NCBI GenBank assembly: GCA_964473365.1
Contig: CAYYOV010000014.1
Span: 137-64,136 of the forward strand
Length of the DNA stretch: 64,000 nt
Source: an uncultured Ignavibacteriaceae bacterium
GTDB taxonomy: Bacteria; Bacteroidota; Ignavibacteria; UBA10030
Direction: 5' to 3'
Positions 8,811 through 17,854 of this stretch are shown here, piece after piece. Within the stretch, counting starts at the first letter, position 1. Each line of letters begins with the position of its first letter. Under the pieces are notes generated by a model. That model ran no database searches and was not told the DNA's origin. It worked only from the letters and a program-made list of their open reading frames with translations. Position numbers and translations under genes: made by a program.

Positions 8811-9503
8811 CTAGTTCTTGATCTCTACGCCTCCCATCACGACGCTGCCACGGATCACAAGACGTTTTGTGGAGCCGTGAATGGGCCGGGTCTCGTCAGA
8901 GAATCCTCCCATGATGGGCATGCCCTCCAATTGCACGGTCCAGGTTTCGGGGACCTTCAGGCTGATGCCACCCCAGATCGCGAACACTTCCAGCACCGCC
9001 GCTTCGCGGATATCGGCCTGGCGAAGGTCGAGCTCGCATCCTCCCATGATGGCCGTGATCTTCCCGCCCCGAAAATCCCGGCTATTGTTGCGCCGCTCGA
9101 ATCCGCCCATGATCGCCGTGAGGTTAAGGGTCGAATCGTCCGACAGCCCCTTGTCACCCGTCAGGATCGCGGTCTGGCCGGGTGTCTTGCGATACGACCC
9201 CCACAGGACGGCGCCGCCAATGGCGATCAAGACGATCGGCCACCACGTGTGCAGGCTGAACTCGAACAGGTCGAGATGGTCCAGGAGCAGCACAGTTCCT
9301 GCGAGGACCCAGAAGATGGACCAGAACCGATTGCAGGTCGGGTCGAACAGCCGCACGAGACCGTATCCGAGAACGAGCGCCGGCCACCACCGCAGATACT
9401 GGTCGGCATAGATCAGGTCGAGATTGTCCAGCATGAGGATCACGCCGACGGCGAGGACGATGAGGCCGAAGACGAGTTGTGCTGAGATCCGATGGGTGTT
9501 CAT
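8811..9503 (-). CDS. LiaF-like membrane protein (N-terminal TM region + C-terminal beta-rich toast-rack-like domain)
   Basis: Four N-terminal TM helices. The C-terminus has repeated IMGG/VMGG strand motifs (AIMGGFE, AIMGGCE, PIMGGFS, VVMGGVEI). The start overlaps the upstream stop (ATGA). Confidence 0.7.
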   Translation of the reverse strand: MNTHRISAQLVFGLIVLAVGVILMLDNLDLIYADQYLRWWPALVLGYGLVRLFDPTCNRFWSIFWVLAGTVLLLDHLDLFEFSLHTWWPIVLIAIGGAVLWGSYRKTPGQTAILTGDKGLSDDSTLNLTAIMGGFERRNNSRDFRGGKITAIMGGCELDLRQADIREAAVLEVFAIWGGISLKVPETWTVQLEGMPIMGGFSDETRPIHGSTKRLVIRGSVVMGGVEIKN

Positions 9504-9874
9504 GACACGACTCCTTCTTGCCGGTCTTCCTTCGGCTTACGCGGCAGGAGCGATTTCCAAATGACGCTGATGCCCCATGCGATGATGAGGAACGGCCACG
9601 AATCGCTGAAGTGAAGTCCCCAAATGTGATTGAGGGAAACGAACAGCCAGAGCCCGATGAAGAGCAGCCACACGCCACTGCCCACATCGTCACGGTCTTT
9701 GGCGTTGACTACTTTCTGGATGCCGAGGAGAACGAGGATGAACGGCCAGTACTTCCAGATCGGGCCGATCTCGAGATAGTACAGGTTGTCGGCCAGGAAG
9801 AGCACTCCCATGCCGATGAGCAGGAGGCCGAGGAACAACTGGCCTCCGAAACGAGATGACGTGCCGCGGGACAT
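9500..9874 (-). CDS. Small LiaI/LiaF-like 4-TM membrane protein
   Basis: Four hydrophobic helices similar in pattern to the N-terminus of the next gene (LFLGLLLIGMGVLFLADNL.. versus LVFGLIVLAVGVILMLDNL..). ATG 9874 is preferred over 9910. Confidence 0.6.
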   Translation of the reverse strand: MSRGTSSRFGGQLFLGLLLIGMGVLFLADNLYYLEIGPIWKYWPFILVLLGIQKVVNAKDRDDVGSGVWLLFIGLWLFVSLNHIWGLHFSDSWPFLIIAWGISVIWKSLLPRKPKEDRQEGVVS

Positions 9875-9987
9875 GCGAACCTCCGAAGTGTGAAGTGCAT
9901 GGACCAACATACAGCAGAAATGCTCAGATGTTGCGCGGGAATCGGCGAACGGCGGTTACGCGTCGGTCAACGGAGGATGGTTGATGC

Positions 9988-10869
9988 TCAGAGGTCGTCG
10001 ATGGTCTTCGGCCAGTCTTCCTTCAGAAGCCTCGAGAGCGACCGGTCGGCGAGAATCCGCCCGTTGGTCTGGCAGCGTGGGCAGTAATTGCACTCATTCT
10101 CAGCGTACACGATGCGCTGGATGACGGTGCCGCAATTCGGGCACGGCTTCCCGAACCGACCGTGGACGGCCATGTCCGGCCGGAAGGCCGTCACCTTTGC
10201 CGGGAATGCGCCGTTCGCCTCCTCACGCAATCGCGCTGTCCACTCGGCCAGGACGGACCGTGTGGAATCGAAGAGACGCCGCGCTTCACCATCTGCCAGA
10301 TTCTGAGAACGCGCCAAAGGTGAGAGCCGGGCATGGTGCAAGATCTCGTCGCTGTAGGCGTTCCCGATGCCGCTGAACAAACGAGGATCGGTCAGACATC
10401 GTTTGAGTGTATGCTGTTCGCGTCGGAGTTGTTCGTGGAATTGCTCATACGTCGCTTCTCCGATCTCCAGGCCACCTCGATCGAAAGCCCGAAGCGATCC
10501 TTCACCACGGACCAGATGCAGCGACGCACGTTTCTTCGATGAGGCCTCCGTGACGAGGAGCGATCCGCCCTCGACGTCGAACGCGGCGAGGCCGATCTTT
10601 CCCGGTGGCCGTGCACCCGGCTTAGCCCACCGGAGACGACCGGCCACCATGAGATGCAGTATCGCGTGCAGGTCGCCATCGAGATCGATGATGATCTGTT
10701 TCCCGAGGCGGCGGATGCCGGTGATCGTCCGGTCCGCAGTCGCCTCGATCGGCGGATCGACGGATCGGAGGAGGAATGGGCTGAACAAGCGGATCGATCG
10801 GAGCTTTTTCCCCGCAAGACGATCCGACAGCGCCTCAACGTAGAGGGCAATGTCCGGGAGTTCAGGCAT
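9988..10869 (-). CDS. Fpg/Nei-family DNA glycosylase / AP lyase
   Basis: N-terminal MPELPD (catalytic Pro2). H2TH region. C-terminal zinc finger CPNCGTVIQRIVYAENECNYCPRCQ. Confidence 0.85.
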   Translation of the reverse strand: MPELPDIALYVEALSDRLAGKKLRSIRLFSPFLLRSVDPPIEATADRTITGIRRLGKQIIIDLDGDLHAILHLMVAGRLRWAKPGARPPGKIGLAAFDVEGGSLLVTEASSKKRASLHLVRGEGSLRAFDRGGLEIGEATYEQFHEQLRREQHTLKRCLTDPRLFSGIGNAYSDEILHHARLSPLARSQNLADGEARRLFDSTRSVLAEWTARLREEANGAFPAKVTAFRPDMAVHGRFGKPCPNCGTVIQRIVYAENECNYCPRCQTNGRILADRSLSRLLKEDWPKTIDDL

Positions 10870-10883
10870 AGCTGCCTGTCCGA

Positions 10884-11837
10884 TCAGACGCGACGGACCG
10901 TCGTCGATCGCTCCGGCGGCGAAGGCGCGGCAGTCTGTTGGAGGATCTCCGTGAACGAGCGGAGGAGAAGCGTTTCGTCAGAAGGCAACGTGACATTGTG
11001 AAGGAGATACCAATGCTCGGTGTGGCTTGTCGTCTCACCCGGCTTGAGCGTACTGAGACCACCGAGGCTCTCCATTTCGAGCATCCGGGCATTTGTGAAG
11101 AACTCCGCGTTGACGCCGAAATCGGGATAGACGGCGGACGGGTCGTATGGAAAACGTTTCACAAAAAGGCGGTTTGTGTTATGGTAAGCGGCCCATCCTT
11201 GGGTTACGAGCGCCCCAAACTTCTGTGGGATCGTTGCGGACGTGTCCTGCCGGAGGAACACGAAGTGCCGACCCCAATTCCACCGGGGGTCGGTCATGTC
11301 CGTGTAATGCCACAGCGAAAGGGGTCGTGCCGGGAGGACCTTTTCAGGATGCGGGATGGGACGTTCGTGCGGAATGATCGCCGTTCCGCCGGCGGCCATA
11401 ACACTCAAGGCCCAGGGGGCGAGTTCCACAGGTGTACGTCCAACGTTCTTCAGGAGATGTTCGACCCGGACACCTGTTGAAGAAGGAAGAAACGAGATGC
11501 GCAGGGACTTCTGGAGGGCGGTCCCGGCCTCTGCGGCGGGAGTAAACAGGGCCACATCCTCCTCTTCCTTCACGAGTACTACGGGTCCATTATCCGGATG
11601 ATCGGTCCAGCCCTTGGTCTCGGGAGCGACCCATAGTCGGTGTCCGCCATACGAACGGTAGATCGATTCGCCGGACTTTCCCATCTGGTCGGAGTATTCG
11701 ACGAATTCATTCGGGCCATCGATGAACCCGAAGCGGATGACGCGTGGGCCCACCTCGAGCGTGACAAGGAGGTCGACAGTCCCGTTGGAGAGACGGGCGC
11801 AGCGGGACCATCCCTGGTACGGTATGATGGAGATCAT
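10884..11837 (-). CDS. Hypothetical protein (possibly mutarotase-like beta-sandwich)
   Basis: Long ORF with normal amino-acid composition and no strong competing ORF. The functional guess rests only on a loose resemblance and is weak. Confidence 0.6.
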   Translation of the reverse strand: MISIIPYQGWSRCARLSNGTVDLLVTLEVGPRVIRFGFIDGPNEFVEYSDQMGKSGESIYRSYGGHRLWVAPETKGWTDHPDNGPVVLVKEEEDVALFTPAAEAGTALQKSLRISFLPSSTGVRVEHLLKNVGRTPVELAPWALSVMAAGGTAIIPHERPIPHPEKVLPARPLSLWHYTDMTDPRWNWGRHFVFLRQDTSATIPQKFGALVTQGWAAYHNTNRLFVKRFPYDPSAVYPDFGVNAEFFTNARMLEMESLGGLSTLKPGETTSHTEHWYLLHNVTLPSDETLLLRSFTEILQQTAAPSPPERSTTVRRV

Positions 11838-11888
11838 AACGGCTACGACAGGGTGGTTGGGGGTCTGGGGCGTTGGGCGGGAACCCGA

Positions 11889-12206
11889 TCAGCTTTTCAA
11901 GCGTACGGCCGTTCCTGACGCGCTGACCATGAGCATACTATTACCGACGGTCTCGTAGTCGAGGTCGATGCCGATGACCGCGTTGGCGCCCAGGCGCGTG
12001 GCCTGTTCGGACATCTCCTGCAGAGCGATCTCCTTCGCCTTGCGAAGTTCGTTCTCGTAGGCAGCCGAACGTCCGCCGACGATATCGCGAATACCGGCAA
12101 GGACGTCGCGGAAGATGTTGGCACCCAGAATGGCTTCGCCCGTGACGAGGCCGAGGTACGCCTCGGCTGGCTTTCCTTCAACGATGGAAGTGGTCGTAAG
12201 GAGCAT
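11889..12206 (-). CDS. YbjQ/UPF0145 family protein
   Basis: The full-length pattern [34 protein letters not shown]...[12 protein letters not shown] is characteristic of the YbjQ family. Confidence 0.85.
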   Translation of the reverse strand: MLLTTTSIVEGKPAEAYLGLVTGEAILGANIFRDVLAGIRDIVGGRSAAYENELRKAKEIALQEMSEQATRLGANAVIGIDLDYETVGNSMLMVSASGTAVRLKS

Positions 12207-12302
12207 GGCTCTTCGGAAAGGTTGTGATGAGAGATCGGACCGTCCTGGGACGGGTCCGCAACGGGGCTTCTGTATCTTCTCGTCAATCGATCATGAACAC
12301 CA

Positions 12303-12899
12303 TCATCGCTCGTTCACTCGTTTCCAGTCGTCTTCCGTATCGACGTCGATGCCTGCAGCCGGAAAATCGACGTAGGCAGTATCCTCAACCCGGAGCAGCA
12401 TTACGACCTCGGCGCCGGCATCTCCTCGCAGGTTGCCGATGTCCTGGAAGTAGCGCCTCGTGAACAAGGCCGGGGCTCCAGGCATCCCTTTGACCCGGGT
12501 GGCCACGAGACCCTTACGCCGCGTGCGTTGGGTGTCGATAAGCGTGTTCAGATGATCGCTCGAGACCCGAGGCTGATCGGCCAGCATGAAAATGACGCTG
12601 TCAACGTCGTTCGGAACGGTCGCCAATCCTGCCTGGATCGAAGTGCTGAGTCCACCGCTCCAGTGTTGGTGATCCACAACCGTAACGATCAGGCCCGAGA
12701 CCTGATCCCGGATCACGTCTGCATGTGCGCCGAGAACGACGCGCACGTGGCGAGCGTTCGAGGCGATGGCTTGTTCGGCCAGATAGCGCAGGAGTGTGGA
12801 GCCATGGTAGGGCAGGAGTTGTTTCGGACGCCCGAATCGGGCGGAGGGTCCGGCGGCGAGGAGGATCACCTCGGTGGTCTGTACGGGTTCGGTCGGCAT
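12303..12899 (-). CDS. MobA/MocA-like nucleotidyltransferase
   Basis: N-terminal ILLAAGPSARFGRPKQLLPYHG nucleotide-binding motif. The start overlaps the pepF stop by 1 nt. Confidence 0.75.
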   Translation of the reverse strand: MPTEPVQTTEVILLAAGPSARFGRPKQLLPYHGSTLLRYLAEQAIASNARHVRVVLGAHADVIRDQVSGLIVTVVDHQHWSGGLSTSIQAGLATVPNDVDSVIFMLADQPRVSSDHLNTLIDTQRTRRKGLVATRVKGMPGAPALFTRRYFQDIGNLRGDAGAEVVMLLRVEDTAYVDFPAAGIDVDTEDDWKRVNER

Positions 12900-14755
12900 C
12901 AGCGTCCCATCCGTGTGAGGAGCGTTTCGATATCGTCCATGATCCGGTTCATACGTCGCATCGTGGCAGCGAGCGGCTCGTCGGAGGTCATGTCGACGCC
13001 GGCGGTCCGAAGCTGCTCGATCGGATACTCGGAACCACCGGAGGCCAGCAGGGCCGTGTATCTGCGCGTCGTGTCGCGATCACCGGACAAGACGCGCTCC
13101 GCCAGCAACGATGACGCAGTATACGACGTTGCGTACTGATAGACGTAGAAGTTATAATAAAAATGTGGGATGTAGGCCCATTCCGCCTGGATCTCATCAT
13201 CCACGACGCAGACCCCGTCCGCGTGTCCGTACGCCTCCTCGACGATGCTTCGGTACATCGCGCTGAAGTCGTCGCCCGTCAGGGCCTCTCCCTGTTCCGT
13301 TCGTTGGTGCATACGCAGCTCGAATTCGGCGAACTGGGTCTGGCGGAACACGGTTCCTTTCATCCCCTCCAGCTCGTGCCCGAGAAGGGACAGGCGTACG
13401 GCGTCGTCGTCGATGGTCTTGAGCATGTGGTCGATCAAGAGTGCTTCGTTGAACGTCGATGCGACCTCGGCGACGAAGATCGTGTAGTGGGACCGGATCC
13501 ACGGTTGGGCGGCATTGGCGTAGTACGAATGCATCGTATGTCCCAGCTCGTGCGTCAGCGTGCTCACGTCATCGTACTTGCCGTTGTAGTTCATCAGGAT
13601 ATAGGGGTGGGCATCGTAGGCCGACCCGTTGGAATAGGCTCCCGACCGCTTGCCCGGCGTCGGATAGAGGTCCACCCAGCGTTCCGTGAAGACCCGCTTC
13701 GTCACACGCCGATAATCATCACCCAGCGGCTCGAGTGACGCCAGGATGTGCTCCTGGGCCTCCTCCACGCCGAACGTCAGGGGAACGTCTGCCAGCAGCG
13801 GAGCATAGAGGTCGTAGTAGTGCAGTCGCTCGACGCCGAGGATCCTCCGCCGAAGGCGCAGATAGCGATGGAAGGTCGAACGATGCGAACGAACGCCGTC
13901 AATCAGTCGATGGACGACCTCCACCGGGATCCGGTGTGCGTCAAGGGCGGCCTCCAGACACGACCCATACCGGCGGGCCCGCTGGTAGAACATGTTCTTC
14001 TTGATCTCGGCGCTCAATTGTACGCCAAAGGTCCGGCGGTAGTCGTACAACCGGGCGAAGAAGCTTTTCATGACCGTCTGCCGATCGGACCGTACCACAC
14101 TCGCGCGATGCAGCGAGTACGCGGCCGGGGTCAGACGCACCGATTGGCCGGTCGAAAGGTCGACGTCGGGGTAGGGGAACTCGGAGTTCGAGAAGATGCT
14201 GTTGATGTCCTGCGGCCCGGAGGCCATGAGAGCTGCATCTGCGATGATCTTCTCCTCCGCGGCGGTTCCGGTATGCTCACGGCGGCGAAGCAGATCGAGC
14301 AGGAAGAACCCGTAGGGCTCGAGTCCCGGGTGCGTGTCGAGCATCGACCGGATGGTCGCATCCCCCAGCCCGAGAAGCTCCGGCTCCAGGAACGCCGTCT
14401 GTGAGCCGACGTCTGCGTACGTCTGCTGGATCTCTTGCTGAAGCGCGAGCATCGACGAATCGCGCGTGTCTTCGTCCGATGCCATGCCCGCGTAGGCGGC
14501 CAGAGAGGCGAGCCGTCGACCGATCTCACTGTACAGATCCAGACACTCCTGAACGGTCTGCGCCCCTGAAGAGAGCCGGTCCCGAAACCGAACAAGCTCC
14601 GGGATACGGCGAACCAAATCCTGCTTTTCGGCGCGCCAGGCGTCGACAGATGGGAAAAGATGGGTCAGGTCCCACTGGTAGCGAGCCGGGATCTGTGATC
14701 GGTCGGTAAATATCGGCACACCGGGTTGTTCGATGGCGAGAAGAGGCGAACGCAT
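12899..14755 (-). CDS. pepF: Oligoendopeptidase F (M3B metallopeptidase)
   Basis: HELGHTMH zinc motif. Length and overall M3B-like layout fit. Confidence 0.9.
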   Translation of the reverse strand: MRSPLLAIEQPGVPIFTDRSQIPARYQWDLTHLFPSVDAWRAEKQDLVRRIPELVRFRDRLSSGAQTVQECLDLYSEIGRRLASLAAYAGMASDEDTRDSSMLALQQEIQQTYADVGSQTAFLEPELLGLGDATIRSMLDTHPGLEPYGFFLLDLLRRREHTGTAAEEKIIADAALMASGPQDINSIFSNSEFPYPDVDLSTGQSVRLTPAAYSLHRASVVRSDRQTVMKSFFARLYDYRRTFGVQLSAEIKKNMFYQRARRYGSCLEAALDAHRIPVEVVHRLIDGVRSHRSTFHRYLRLRRRILGVERLHYYDLYAPLLADVPLTFGVEEAQEHILASLEPLGDDYRRVTKRVFTERWVDLYPTPGKRSGAYSNGSAYDAHPYILMNYNGKYDDVSTLTHELGHTMHSYYANAAQPWIRSHYTIFVAEVASTFNEALLIDHMLKTIDDDAVRLSLLGHELEGMKGTVFRQTQFAEFELRMHQRTEQGEALTGDDFSAMYRSIVEEAYGHADGVCVVDDEIQAEWAYIPHFYYNFYVYQYATSYTASSLLAERVLSGDRDTTRRYTALLASGGSEYPIEQLRTAGVDMTSDEPLAATMRRMNRIMDDIETLLTRMGR

Positions 14756-14818
14756 GAGGTCAGGGCAGAATCTCTGAAAGGACGGCTACAGAAGAAAGAT
14801 ACAGGACACCGCTGGCAT

Positions 14819-15208
14819 TTACAATGCAGGACCGCCGGACTGCAGCCACGCGTCCGCCTCGCGAGCGTTGCGGAACGCGCGAATGGCAAACGAACCCCCA
14901 TGCCGGAGTGATTCGTACATACGTGCGATCCCGAACATCACGTCGCCTGGCGCCACGATGGCCCAACGTGTCCCGCGGAACAGCTCCTCCACCTGGGTGA
15001 CGCGGTCGGAAATGCGCCGGACCTCATCGAACGTGATGGATGCGGAAGCGATCCGGGATGAGTCGATGATCCCATTCCTACCGCGGATCTCCATTCCGGC
15101 CTTTGAAAGGTCATCGATCAGCCGCAGGAAATCATCGAGACCGATCGTTCCCGTTCCGTCGATGACGACGAGGCCGCGTGATGGCTCAATGTTCACGGTC
15201 AAGGGCAT
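14819..15208 (-). CDS. Hypothetical small protein (STAS-like?)
   Basis: 129-aa ORF with balanced composition. No diagnostic motif recognised. Confidence 0.55.
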   Translation of the reverse strand: MPLTVNIEPSRGLVVIDGTGTIGLDDFLRLIDDLSKAGMEIRGRNGIIDSSRIASASITFDEVRRISDRVTQVEELFRGTRWAIVAPGDVMFGIARMYESLRHGGSFAIRAFRNAREADAWLQSGGPAL

Positions 15209-15381
15209 GCCTTCGCTCCGATCTCTCCTGAGGGAGTCAGCCTAGAACGTCAAAGCCCCGGCGTTCGATCGAGCGTCCAGGGCCTCCGGGCATACTCCAC
15301 CGCAGTTCCTCCCCAGGAATAGGCATGCCACATTCGGAAACTACGCTGCAACATCGCCGATGTCAAGCCGTCGATGAGGAC

Positions 15382-17697
15382 CTACCGCACGACAATCTCG
15401 TCGACGAACAGCCATGCCTGATTACCGGCCCCCGGACTCCCCGCTGGGATCGCCCCGTAGCGGTGGGCGATGGCGCGGACGTACCGAGCTTTCACTGGCT
15501 CGATCGTCAGCTCGACAGGGATCACTTTATCCGTGGTCGCGTAGTTGAACTCGTTCCAGCGTGCGACAGTCCTGTACTCCACGCCATCGTTCGAGACCTG
15601 GACCTCGACCGATCGGGGAAGCCAGATCCATTGGCCGACGCCGCTGTAGAACCGGAATCCGAACGACCGCAAAGGCCGCGGTTCGAGGAGGTCGATCGTG
15701 GCGTCCATGTCGGCGCCGCTCCAGCCGAGCCATTCGCCGTCCCCATATCGGTCGCTGCTGGCTGGCACACCATTGACAAGCGCCTGCCGGCCGCCGATCG
15801 CGTAGCTCCCCTGCGGCGGCGTTACCAGGCTGATCGGTTTTCCGGCGGCAGCATGCATCACGATCGGCGTACGGGTGGTTCGGGTCGAGCGCCGTCCGTC
15901 GGAGAACCCGGCAGCGCGGACGTCGAGATCGGTCGTCACCGCGAGCGGTCCCTCGAACCTGTTCGAAGTGGCTGTCGGCTCCGTGCCGTCGGTCGTGTAG
16001 CGCACGATGGCGCGCGGGTCACGGCTGGAGAGGGAGAGGGTGACGCCATTCGGTGCAGGGCCGATCGTTGCGCGCACATCGAACAGATGGTTCGCATAAT
16101 TCACCCCGAGCCGGTCAAGTCGGGCCATGTGGTGTGCGAGGCGGTCGGCGAAGTCGTCGAAATCGCGGAATTCCGGCGGACTCCACAGCACCTCTGCGAG
16201 GGCTGCGGCACGAGGATAGACCATGTACTCGACGTGGCGTTCGTTCAGGATATATTCCGTCCACACGTTCCCCTGTGCCCCCAAAATGTGCCGGGCTTCC
16301 TTTGCGGTCAGTTCTGCTGGCGTCGGTTCGAAGGAATAGACCTTCTCGAGCGGAGTGAATCCACCGATCGCGATCGGTTCTTCGGGCGAGCGTGACTGAT
16401 AGTAGTCGAAATAGCAGTGTGACCCCGGCGTCATGATCACGTCATGACCCAGACGTGCGGCGTCGATCCCGCCTTGTGTTCCCCGCCACGACATCACCGT
16501 TGCACCGGGCGCAAGGCCTCCTTCGAGGATCTCGTCCCAGCCGATGAGCCTTCGGCCGTGTGACGAGAGGAATCGCTCCATGCGTCGAATGAAGTAGCTC
16601 TGCAATTCATGGTCGTCCTTCAAGCCCTCACGCGCCTTTGTGGACGCACATTTTGGACAGACGGCCCAACGGGTCTTGGGGACCTCATCACCGCCGACAT
16701 GGATGTATGTCCCTGGGAACAGATCGATGACCTCGGTCAAGACGCCTTCCAGAAAGGTGAAGACGCTGTCGGTCGTGCAGAAGACATCGTCGAACACGCC
16801 CCAGAGCTGGGACGGCTCGAACGGACCGCCGGTGCAGGATAATTCCGGGTATGCGGAGAGCGCGGCCAATGCGTGTCCGGGCATCTCGATCTCGGGCACG
16901 ATCGTCACGGATCGTTCCTGCGCGTAGCGGACCACCTCGCGGATCTCGTCCTGCGTGTAGAAACCGCCATACCGTACGCTGTCGAAGCGGTGTGGTACGT
17001 CGCTGTAATGGCCGATGAGTGTCCCGTTCCGCCACCCGCCGATACTCGTCAGCCGCGGATACCGTTTGATCTCGATGCGCCATCCCTGATCGTCGGTCAG
17101 GTGCCAGTGGAACCGGTTCATCTTGTGCATCGCCAAAAGGTCGATGTAGCGCTTGACGAAGGCGACGGGGAAGAAGTGCCGCGAGACGTCGAGATGCATT
17201 CCTCGGTACGGGTAGCGGGGCGCGTCATCAATGACGACGGCCGGCACAGACCATGTGCGAGACTGCGGATCGTCGTTCTCGATGTCGGGGGGGAGAAGTT
17301 GTCGGAGGGTTTGCAGCCCGTAGAACGCTCCGGCAGCCGTCCGAGCTTCGATCACGACCCCCGCAGGCGAGGATGTCAGCCGATAGCCTTCTTCATTGTC
17401 GATCGTGCTCGATGCGCGAAAGACGATCGAGTTCGTGCCACCATCTCCGTGCTTCAACGGCAGCGGAAGACCGGTCCCGCGTCGCAACAGGCCGGCCGCC
17501 ATCTCCGCGACGTGAAGGAACGCTTTGTCGGACGTGTCCGCCGCGATGACGCTCTGTGCATTGATGTAGAAGGCGCCGGTCGCAGTCTGCACCGTCGTGG
17601 GGCGTGGAACGACCGGGACGGTTGATCGTTCGGGACGGGGTCCGGGAGCGCAGGAGAGCAGAAGTCCGGTGACAAGGATGAGTACGAAGGATCTCAT
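15382..17697 (-). CDS. GH20 beta-N-acetylhexosaminidase with C-terminal Ig-like and F5/8 type C (discoidin) modules
   Basis: Lipoprotein-like start MRSFVLILVTGLLLSCAPG. GH20 catalytic region HWHLTDDQGWRIEIKRYP ... IHVGGDEV. Discoidin-like tail ending AWLFVDEIVVR. Confidence 0.9.
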   Translation of the reverse strand: MRSFVLILVTGLLLSCAPGPRPERSTVPVVPRPTTVQTATGAFYINAQSVIAADTSDKAFLHVAEMAAGLLRRGTGLPLPLKHGDGGTNSIVFRASSTIDNEEGYRLTSSPAGVVIEARTAAGAFYGLQTLRQLLPPDIENDDPQSRTWSVPAVVIDDAPRYPYRGMHLDVSRHFFPVAFVKRYIDLLAMHKMNRFHWHLTDDQGWRIEIKRYPRLTSIGGWRNGTLIGHYSDVPHRFDSVRYGGFYTQDEIREVVRYAQERSVTIVPEIEMPGHALAALSAYPELSCTGGPFEPSQLWGVFDDVFCTTDSVFTFLEGVLTEVIDLFPGTYIHVGGDEVPKTRWAVCPKCASTKAREGLKDDHELQSYFIRRMERFLSSHGRRLIGWDEILEGGLAPGATVMSWRGTQGGIDAARLGHDVIMTPGSHCYFDYYQSRSPEEPIAIGGFTPLEKVYSFEPTPAELTAKEARHILGAQGNVWTEYILNERHVEYMVYPRAAALAEVLWSPPEFRDFDDFADRLAHHMARLDRLGVNYANHLFDVRATIGPAPNGVTLSLSSRDPRAIVRYTTDGTEPTATSNRFEGPLAVTTDLDVRAAGFSDGRRSTRTTRTPIVMHAAAGKPISLVTPPQGSYAIGGRQALVNGVPASSDRYGDGEWLGWSGADMDATIDLLEPRPLRSFGFRFYSGVGQWIWLPRSVEVQVSNDGVEYRTVARWNEFNYATTDKVIPVELTIEPVKARYVRAIAHRYGAIPAGSPGAGNQAWLFVDEIVVR

Positions 17698-17785
17698 GTC
17701 ATTGAGCCGAGGTTGATCCAGGTTGGCCAGCGGGTGATACAAAGTGAAGGAAGGTGGCGGGAATTGCAAGCCGTTCCGGTGCCCC

Positions 17786-17829
17786 AAAAAGACGAACGGA
17801 GACCAACGCCCTGCACGTGGTCTCCGTTC
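17786..17829 (-). terminator. Rho-independent terminator after the phosphodiesterase gene
   Basis: Perfect 12-bp stem GAACGGAGACCA / TGGTCTCCGTTC with a 12-nt loop. On the minus strand it is followed by GTCTTTTT. It lies 26 nt downstream of the stop at 17855. Confidence 0.65.
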
Positions 17830-17854
17830 GCTGATCCCTTGACCCTCAAGCGGG

